NCBI RefSeq assembly: GCF_902784195.1
Contig: NZ_CACZTX010000014.1
Location: forward strand, 1 to 30,971
Length of the DNA stretch: 30,971 nucleotides
Reading direction: 5' to 3'
Source: an uncultured Methanobrevibacter sp.
GTDB lineage: Archaea > Methanobacteriota > Methanobacteria > Methanobacteriales > Methanobacteriaceae
In this document: positions 8,831 to 15,800 of the stretch, in pieces
Position numbering within the stretch: the stretch's first letter is position 1
Layout: each line of letters begins with the position of its first letter
The notes under the pieces: generated by a model
What the model was told of the DNA's origin: nothing
The model's input: only the letters and a program-made list of their open reading frames with translations
The model's database searches: none
Position numbers and translations under genes: made by a program

Positions 8831-10366
8831 TTAGATATTTTTCTCAATAGCCAATAATCTATTGATTGAGTTGATGACTGCTACCACACTTGAAATGATA
8901 ACGTCCTCTCTAGTAGCTCTTCCTGTTGCCCTATGGCCATCATTGTCTGAAATCACTACAAAAGTTTCGGCCAATGCATCAGTACCACCGCTTACCGCTT
9001 CAAGTCTGTACTCTTCAAGGTTGATTTCAACAGTTTCATTAACGAGTGATTTGATTGCACCAATAGCCGCATCAACTGGACCCACTCCAATTTGAGAGGT
9101 TTCAATAACCTTTCCTTCGATTGAAAGTCTTACGGTTGCTGTTGCAGATACTGACTCTCCAGTCATTACGCTCATTCCAAGCAATTTGATGTACTCTTTT
9201 CCACTGGTACTCAATTCAGTGATCGCAATGGATTTCAAATCCTCATCTGTAATGCATTTTCCTTTATCCCCAAGTGTCTTTACCTGATTGTAAATGTTTT
9301 CGAATTGCTTAGGACTTACTTCTATATTGAACTCTTCCAATTTGGACTTTATTCCAGCATGGCCGGTATGCTTTCCAAGGGCAATTCTTCTTTTGTGCCC
9401 TACAAGTTCAGGTGGAATCGGTTCATAGGTAGAGCTGTTTTTCAATATTCCATCCACATGGATACCGGATTCATGTGCGAAAGCATTTTCTCCAACAATT
9501 GGTTTTGTAGGAGGCATCTTTATACCTGTAATTGATCCGATGAAATTGGATGTGTCATAAAGTTTGGTTGTGTCTACACCTATGTTTGCACCATAAGCTA
9601 TCTTCAAGCTGACAACAAGTTCCTCTAAAGAGGTGTTTCCAGCTCTCTCACCGATACCGTTTATTGTACAATGGGCCTGGTTTGCCCCTTCTTCAATACC
9701 GATGATTGAATTTGATACAGCAAGTCCAAAGTCATTATGGAAATGAAGACTAATCGGAACATTGATTTTCTTTCTCAAGATTCTTATTAAATCTCTTGTA
9801 GTGGATGGGACTAAAATTCCAACAGTGTCTGGTACATTTATCACATCTGCTCCTGCACCTTCAACGCCTTTGTAGAATTCTATTAGATAGTTAAGTTCTG
9901 TCCTTGTTGCATCTTCAGCTGAAAATTCAACAGTGAGGCCATGATCTTTAGCATATTCAACCGCTTCAATGGATTGATTCAATATTTCCTCTTTTGATTT
10001 TTTCAGCTTATAGTCTCTATGCAGTGGGGAAGTTCCAATAAACAAATGTGCGTATGACAAGTCAGAGTCAATAACTGCATCTATATCCTTTTTCAACACT
10101 CTTGCAAGACCACATAAATTAGACTTGAATCCTAATTCAACCATTCTTTTTGCAGCCTTTCTTTCACCTTCTGATACAGTTGGAAAACCCATTTCAATGG
10201 TGTCCACTCCAAGTTCATCCAGCTTTTGAGCTATCTTTATCTTTTCATCAACTGTTAAAGCGATGCCGGGAGCCTGTTCCCCATCTCTTAAGGTTGTATC
10301 GAAAATTCTGATCTTATCAGGGAGTTTCAATTCTTCCTTTACATCTTCAATGTTTATTGCATTCAT
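8831..10366 (-). CDS. 2-isopropylmalate synthase / (R)-citramalate synthase family (LeuA/CimA)
   Basis: 511-aa ORF. Motifs IFDTTLRDGEQ, LHFHNDFGLAVSN and HESGIH are present, plus a C-terminal LeuA-type regulatory domain. LeuA and CimA cannot be separated by eye. Confidence 0.85.
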   Translation of the reverse strand: MNAINIEDVKEELKLPDKIRIFDTTLRDGEQAPGIALTVDEKIKIAQKLDELGVDTIEMGFPTVSEGERKAAKRMVELGFKSNLCGLARVLKKDIDAVIDSDLSYAHLFIGTSPLHRDYKLKKSKEEILNQSIEAVEYAKDHGLTVEFSAEDATRTELNYLIEFYKGVEGAGADVINVPDTVGILVPSTTRDLIRILRKKINVPISLHFHNDFGLAVSNSIIGIEEGANQAHCTINGIGERAGNTSLEELVVSLKIAYGANIGVDTTKLYDTSNFIGSITGIKMPPTKPIVGENAFAHESGIHVDGILKNSSTYEPIPPELVGHKRRIALGKHTGHAGIKSKLEEFNIEVSPKQFENIYNQVKTLGDKGKCITDEDLKSIAITELSTSGKEYIKLLGMSVMTGESVSATATVRLSIEGKVIETSQIGVGPVDAAIGAIKSLVNETVEINLEEYRLEAVSGGTDALAETFVVISDNDGHRATGRATREDVIISSVVAVINSINRLLAIEKNI

Positions 10367-10476
10367 TTTTCCCTATCCTTTTTGATTTAATAAGTATAAT
10401 CTTAATATAATCTTAATATACTTAATTTTTTATTTTTTAGTATTTATTATTTTTTTATCTATTAATTCAGTGTCTA

Positions 10477-11592
10477 TTAGTAGTTATCCAAAGCTGATTG
10501 ATAATTTCCATCTAGTTTTATATATGGCTCTGCCCTTTTTACCACAACACCTATTCTTTGAAGCTCTTCCAATTTTTTAAATGGCTTGTTTCTTCGGATG
10601 GCCATAATCTTCCTTGCAGATTTTGGGCCTATTCCTGGAACTCTAATCAAATGCTTGTATGATGCATAATTTATTTCTACAGGGAAAATATCCATTTCCC
10701 TTGCGGCTAAAATTTTAGGGTCTTCCCTTAAGGATAATTTGTCGTTCTCATCAAATACAAGTTCTTTCACGTCAAACTTATAATCGTTAATTAATGCATC
10801 TGCATGATACAGTTTAGTGGTTCTATCAGTATTGCATGATTCCTTTTTCTCAAATTCTGTTCCTTCTACAGGTGAAAATGCGCTGAAGTAGCTTCTTCTC
10901 AAGTCCACTTTCTTATATAGGCTCTCCATTCTTTTGAGAATTTCAAGGTCGGTTTCATCATTTGCACCAACAATCAATTGTGTTGTATGGCCGGATTTTG
11001 CAAAACTTGGATTTTTTCTAGCTATTTCATTCATCCAATCAAGTCTTTTCAGGATATCCTTATTGTAATCCTTGGTGCTTGTGATTTCATTAAGGCCGTC
11101 TTTTGTAGCTGCTTCAATATTCAGGCTTACCCTATTAGCCAAGCTCATGGCCCTTTTTATTGAATCCTTTGATGCTCCTGGAATGATTTTTAGATGTATA
11201 TAGTCATCATATCCATAGTCTTTTCTAAGGATTCTTGCAGTCTCTATGGTCTTTTCCATAGTGTTGTCTATAGTATCTCCAATTCCTGAACTTAAAAAAA
11301 GACCATTGACATAACCGTTGTTGTAGTAGTGCAGGAAAGCTCTTGAAAGTTCTTCAGGACTTAATTCAAGACGAGTGAAATTGCGTTTGCTTTGGTTGAT
11401 GCAATATTTGCAGTCGTTTTTGCACTTGTTTGTCATCAATGTTTTAAATAGAGGTATCTTGCATCCATTATGTCCTGTAGCATGGTAAATCCCAGGGAGA
11501 TTGACCTGTGAGCTCTTGCTATGGCTGACATAATCGCAGAGATCATATTGTGCGCTATCTGCCAAAACCTGCATTTTTTCTAATGTGGACAT
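10477..11592 (-). CDS. radical SAM protein with C-terminal helix-hairpin-helix (putative DNA modification/repair radical SAM family)
   Basis: 371-aa ORF. CKNDCKYC matches CxxxCxxC. The C-terminal LIRVPGIGPKSARKIMAIRR is an HhH motif. Size and architecture match the family described as TIGR03916 (from memory). GGTGAATTATG start context. Confidence 0.75.
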   Translation of the reverse strand: MSTLEKMQVLADSAQYDLCDYVSHSKSSQVNLPGIYHATGHNGCKIPLFKTLMTNKCKNDCKYCINQSKRNFTRLELSPEELSRAFLHYYNNGYVNGLFLSSGIGDTIDNTMEKTIETARILRKDYGYDDYIHLKIIPGASKDSIKRAMSLANRVSLNIEAATKDGLNEITSTKDYNKDILKRLDWMNEIARKNPSFAKSGHTTQLIVGANDETDLEILKRMESLYKKVDLRRSYFSAFSPVEGTEFEKKESCNTDRTTKLYHADALINDYKFDVKELVFDENDKLSLREDPKILAAREMDIFPVEINYASYKHLIRVPGIGPKSARKIMAIRRNKPFKKLEELQRIGVVVKRAEPYIKLDGNYQSALDNY

Positions 11593-11902
11593 AATTCACC
11601 TCTTTATTTTTTTTAAAATTATTGAATTTTGTTTAAAAAAATTATTCTATTTTATAATTCTTATAAAGATACTTTTTTATAAATCTTCTGATTATTAATA
11701 TCTATAATTATTATCTTTATTTATATTAATAAATTTTAATAAATTTGAAATATTACTTTTTAAATTATTACTATTTTTAATTATTACTTTTTTTAAAAAA
11801 ATCCCTTATTTTTATTATTTTTATCATAAATCAATTAAAATTTAAAATAATTCATTCTAAAGATAAGAAAATTTTATATAAAATATATGCTAATGTAATA
11901 TT

Positions 11903-13387
11903 ATGAAAGTCGTACTAGCTGGAACTGGAAGTGCTGTTGGAAAAACCACTATTTCTACAGGAATCATGAAAGCACTTCAAGATGAAAATGTCCAACCGTT
12001 TAAGGTTGGCCCTGATTTTATTGACCCTTCTTATCATACAATTGCTACAGGCAATGTGTCAAGGAACTTGGATTCATTTTTCATGGATGAGTTTCAAATA
12101 ATCAATTCATTTGAAAGGGCACTTAAGATATCCAAGTCCAATATGGGCATTATTGAAGGTGTAAGAGGTCTATATGAAGGTATCAGTCCTATTAGTGATA
12201 TAGGTAACACTGCCTCCATTGCAAAGGCCTTGGATGCACCTGTAGTGCTTCTTATGGATTCTAGAAGCTTGGTGAAAAGTGCCGCAGCTGTTGTTTTGGG
12301 CTTTAAGGCTCTTGACCCGGATGTACGTATTGAAGGAGTTATCTTGAATAAGGTCAAAGGCCAAAGACATTACCTAAAGGCTAAGGAATCAGTAGAAAAA
12401 TTGGCTAATGTTCCAGTAATAGGCGGTATTCCAAGAAATGAAGAGATAGCAGTTGAAGAAAGGCATCTCGGTTTGGTCCCAGCTCTTGAAAAGGAAAAGA
12501 TCAATAGGAATATTGAACTTTGGGGGCATATTGCAGAGGAATATATAGACTTGGATGCTCTAAAGGATATAATGAAAACATCCAGCAAATCTGCTGTAAA
12601 AGACAATAAGAATAAGGCTATCGAATCCATGGAAGAGGATAATAATTATGGCCATCGTGTAGATTTATCCATACATGAGGATGAATTCAATAGGGAACAT
12701 AATGAGGCAATTAACCTTGAAGTAACCAATGGTTCAAAAACCGGAGAGCTATGGAAAACTGGAAATAAAGCCCCTATAAAAATTGGTGTGGCTATAGATG
12801 AGATATTCACCTTTTACTATAAGGAAACATTGGAATCTCTTGAGGATAATGGCGCTAAGATTGTTCCATTCAGCCCTTATAAGGATGAGGAAATTCCAGA
12901 TGTTGATGCTCTTTACATTGGTGGAGGATATCCTGAAGTCTTCAAGAGGGAATTGTCTGAGAATGAATCCATGCTTAATTCCATCTATAAGTTCCATAAG
13001 GAAGATAGGCCAATATATGGTGAATGCGGTGGATTAATCTATTTATCCCAGTCCATTGATGGCCTAGGAATGGTCAATGCAATTCCTTACAGCGCAGAAA
13101 TGACTCCTAGAGTACAAGGATTGAATTATGTTGTAGCAAGATCAAATAGGGATAATCTCATATCTGAAGAGGGAGATATTTTCCGTGCTCATGAATTTCA
13201 TTACACTAAACTCAACATAGACAGTACAGATGAGCTTGTATTTGATGTGCTCAGAGGCAGAGGAGTGTTAAATAATATGGATGGAGTAAGTGTTGGAAAC
13301 ACTTTAGCTAATTACATTCACATTCATGCTTGTTCATGTCCTAATTTTGCATACAATTTCACTAAAAACATAGCAGAGTTGGACTAA
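11903..13387 (+). CDS. a,c-diamide synthase of the CbiA/CobB/CfbB family (cobyrinate or Ni-sirohydrochlorin a,c-diamide synthase)
   Basis: 494-aa ORF. It has an N-terminal P-loop [10 protein letters not shown] and a C-terminal glutamine amidotransferase domain with [10 protein letters not shown] and HEFHY. A long hydrophilic linker (about residues 226-291) separates the two domains. Confidence 0.85.
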   Translation: MKVVLAGTGSAVGKTTISTGIMKALQDENVQPFKVGPDFIDPSYHTIATGNVSRNLDSFFMDEFQIINSFERALKISKSNMGIIEGVRGLYEGISPISDIGNTASIAKALDAPVVLLMDSRSLVKSAAAVVLGFKALDPDVRIEGVILNKVKGQRHYLKAKESVEKLANVPVIGGIPRNEEIAVEERHLGLVPALEKEKINRNIELWGHIAEEYIDLDALKDIMKTSSKSAVKDNKNKAIESMEEDNNYGHRVDLSIHEDEFNREHNEAINLEVTNGSKTGELWKTGNKAPIKIGVAIDEIFTFYYKETLESLEDNGAKIVPFSPYKDEEIPDVDALYIGGGYPEVFKRELSENESMLNSIYKFHKEDRPIYGECGGLIYLSQSIDGLGMVNAIPYSAEMTPRVQGLNYVVARSNRDNLISEEGDIFRAHEFHYTKLNIDSTDELVFDVLRGRGVLNNMDGVSVGNTLANYIHIHACSCPNFAYNFTKNIAELD

Positions 13388-13913
13388 ATTTATTTTTTCT
13401 TTAAATTTTTTTAATTTTTTTTGATTTCTACCGAATTTAATTTTTCAATTCTTTAAACATTTTATCATATTTTTTAATTTTTCTATTTTTTTATCTCCTC
13501 GGACTTTTTTTAAAATTTATTTTTGTATAATGTATACATTTTTTCCATCATTTTTCCATCATTTTTTTACAATATACAAAATTTTTTATTTTTTGAGAAA
13601 ATTTTTCTCATAAAAAAGTATTACTTCAAGAATCTTAAGGATTTTTTCCAAAAAAATTTTTAAAAATCAAAATCTATTTAAATCTATTATTTTATTCTAA
13701 AACTTGAGTTTTTTTAGTTATTTTATTAAAAAACTATAACGATTATTTATTTTTTTAAAATAATTATTTTAAACTATATTTTCTACCACTTTTTTCAGTG
13801 CTGTTTATAACTTTTTGTAGATACAACGTTAACTCAATGATATTACATGCTATATTTTTGTACATTTATGTATATGAAATCCATCTTTTTTTAAGTTTTT
13901 TCAAAAACCAATA

Positions 13914-13927
13914 ATCCTGGCCAGGAT
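13914..13927. repeat. perfect 14-bp GC-rich palindrome ATCCTGGCCAGGAT in an AT-rich spacer
   Basis: Read directly; the sequence is its own reverse complement. It lies between the inverted copies CTCAATGATATTAC (13833-13846) and CTCAAATGATATTAAC (reverse complement of 13953-13968). Confidence 0.6.
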
Positions 13928-14004
13928 CTTCATATTTTTTTAAAAATAATATGTTAATATCATTTGAGATTTTAAGAATTTTTTGAAAAATTTATTTCAA
14001 ATTT

Positions 14005-14030
14005 TGTAACTCAATTTTTACACTTGAAAC
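14005..14030 (+). repeat. composite box TGTAACTCAAT-TTTT-ACACTTGAAAC (ORB-like core ACAnTTGAAA)
   Basis: Read directly. TTTACACTTGAAA (14017-14029) is repeated perfectly in inverted orientation at 15295-15307. The composite order recurs at 15219-15242 on the minus strand. Confidence 0.55.
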
Positions 14031-14136
14031 GATACTAGTTATTTTTTCTCAATTTTTTCAAATTTTTAAATCATCTTAAAAAAGTGATAACTCAAATTAT
14101 CTCAGCTAAATCATCTATGTAATATCATTATGACTC

Positions 14137-14173
14137 CTCAAATTTTTTTTCAATTTTTTTTCAATTTTTTGAG
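14137..14173. repeat. phased oligo-T tracts CTCAAA-T8-CAA-T8-CAA-T6-GAG (11-12 bp period)
   Basis: Read directly. The tracts lie between oppositely oriented GTWAACTCAWT-type boxes (14087-14097 plus orientation, 14169-14177 minus orientation). Confidence 0.6.
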
Positions 14174-14303
14174 TTACAAATTTGATTTTTTTTATAGATT
14201 TTTAAATTAAGTTTATATGCAATGAGTTAACATATATAATAATGTTAATAATTTTTTATATAATTTAATTATTTTATTCATATAAAAAATTTTTAGAATT
14301 TCA

Positions 14304-14316
14304 ATGATAATATCAT
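14304..14316. promoter_or_regulatory. 13-bp palindrome ATGATA-A-TATCAT, 25 bp upstream of the orphan gene start; candidate operator
   Basis: Perfect 6-bp arms with a 1-nt spacer. A second copy, ATGATA-T-TATCAT, lies at 15445-15457. Confidence 0.45.
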
Positions 14317-14340
14317 TTTTTTCATTACGAAGGTATTTTT

Positions 14341-15036
14341 ATGTTAGAAAAGGAAGTCAAACAATATAAGAGAGGAAACAGTTTCACTTACCGTATCGAC
14401 CTATCAAAAAAAGATAATTTTGAAGGTGGAGAGAAGGTAATGATTCTTAGGTTAAGTGAATATGAATCTTATCTGCAGGAGATTGATGATCTCAAGGCTA
14501 AAATTGATGATAATAAAAATACCATTTCAGATTTGAAGCAATCACGCAGTGAAGCGGATTCTTCCATAAATGAAATTATGGAACAAAGGAATCAGGAAAT
14601 TTCAGAAAAGAATAAGGAAATCATGGACCTGGTTGAAGAAAACAAATCTGCCATTGCAAAATGCTATGAAATTATTGATGAAAAAGATCAGCTTATCAAA
14701 CAGGCTAATGAAGAGATTAGGCTTGAAAGGGCAAAGTCTGATTTAGCTCAGCAAAAGGCTGAAGAAAATCTCCTTGAAGAGAGAAAAAGACATGATGAAC
14801 TTGTCTTGGAAAAAGACAAGGAATTGCATAATGTCAACCAGCAGCTTCAAGATAGCCTTAAGGAAATCGCTTATAAGGATCAATTGTTAACTGCAGATAG
14901 ACTTTTAATTGACAGATATAAAAACAGAAGTTTCATTGATCGTTTATTAAACAGGCAACCTGATGACAGTGACTTGCAAATAGAGAGCAAGCCAAAGGAA
15001 ACCTATGTTTTGGAAGCTGAAAAAACAGATGAATAA
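14341..15036 (+). CDS. orphan coiled-coil protein with a short basic N-terminal domain (possibly AbrB/MazE-like swapped hairpin)
   Basis: 231-aa ORF with GAAGGT SD-like sequence upstream. Residues ~45-185 are heptad-like and E/K/Q/L-rich (coiled coil). The N-terminus KQYKRGNSFTYRIDLSKKDNFEGGEKVMIL loosely resembles the AbrB/SpoVT pattern (xGNSxxxxIP...GDxV). It is flanked by 953 and 764 bp of non-coding DNA. Confidence 0.6.
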   Translation: MLEKEVKQYKRGNSFTYRIDLSKKDNFEGGEKVMILRLSEYESYLQEIDDLKAKIDDNKNTISDLKQSRSEADSSINEIMEQRNQEISEKNKEIMDLVEENKSAIAKCYEIIDEKDQLIKQANEEIRLERAKSDLAQQKAEENLLEERKRHDELVLEKDKELHNVNQQLQDSLKEIAYKDQLLTADRLLIDRYKNRSFIDRLLNRQPDDSDLQIESKPKETYVLEAEKTDE

Positions 15037-15218
15037 GTTTTCATCTTCTATTTTTTATTCTATTTTTACATTTTTCTAATATTTTATTCTAATTTCTCTA
15101 TTTTTTCATTCTAATAATTGTAATGTCATTTTATTTTTGAGGATATGCAATTCATATGCATTTTCAATTCATTGAGTTGTATTTTTCGATTAATTTTTAT
15201 TGTAACTCTTAGACATAT

Positions 15219-15242
15219 ATTTCAACTGTATAATGAGTTAAC
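15219..15242 (-). repeat. composite box (minus strand) GTTAACTCAT-TAT-ACAGTTGAAAT
   Basis: The reverse complement of 15219-15242 was read directly. It has the same order and nearly the same spacing as 14005-14030. Confidence 0.55.
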
Positions 15243-15293
15243 CTGTTATTATCATTTTTTGCCAATTTTAGGGCCAGAAATTCCTTGACGTAA

Positions 15294-15307
15294 ATTTCAA
15301 GTGTAAA
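15294..15307 (-). repeat. ORB-like box (minus strand) TTTACACTTGAAAT
   Basis: The reverse complement of ATTTCAAGTGTAAA was read directly. It shares 13 bp of identity with 14017-14029 in inverted orientation. A weaker copy, ATAACATTTGAAAA, lies at 15331-15344 (minus). Confidence 0.55.
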
Positions 15308-15444
15308 TTTTTTTAATATTTTTTTAAGATTTTTCAAATGTTATTATCAAAACATAATCATGTTAATTTATTTTCATTATCATTTCAAATCTTTTGTAAT
15401 ATCATTTATTTTAAGGATTTTTCTCGATTTTTTTCTCTAAAAAA

Positions 15445-15457
15445 ATGATATTATCAT
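15445..15457. repeat. 13-bp palindrome ATGATA-T-TATCAT (second copy)
   Basis: Read directly; it pairs with 14304-14316. Confidence 0.45.
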
Positions 15458-15800
15458 AAAATTTTCTTAAATTTTCTAAAATTTTTCAAGATTTTCATCA
15501 ATTTTTAATGATTTTTTGTATTACTTAAAGATTTTTTATCTATTGGAAAATTTGTTTTATATTTTTCAAATTATTCTTCTTAAAAAATCAGTTTTTCTCA
15601 ATATCATGTAAATTTTTCATCTTCTCAAAATATTTTCCTACATACTTTTTCTCTTTTTCATTGGAAAATTTTTTGCATGTTTTAATATGAAATTCTATGA
15701 TTATTTAAAAAATCCTTAAAACCCTCTTCAAGCCTTTTAAAAAACTTATTATAATAGTTTAAACAAAATCAAAAATAATGCTTTTATAAAAGGGGTTTTT

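Noticed and set aside
12094-13037. five overlapping 66-87-aa ORFs within or opposite the diamide synthase gene
   Set aside because: They are nested in a gene with clear P-loop and GATase motifs. They have no SD contexts and no motifs.
15266-15274. TTTTAGGGC shared between the island and the adhesin leader (25214-25222), and loose similarity of 13421-13440 to 25199-25218
   Set aside because: A single shared 9-mer among ~2.5 kb of spacer is within birthday-type chance, and the alignments do not extend.
15145-15288. 47-aa hydrophobic ORF (MQFICIFNSLSCIFRLIF...) in the right half of the island
   Set aside because: Its length is within chance expectation for this composition. GAGGA abuts the ATG with no spacing, and the ORF overlaps several repeat boxes, which better explain conservation of the sequence.
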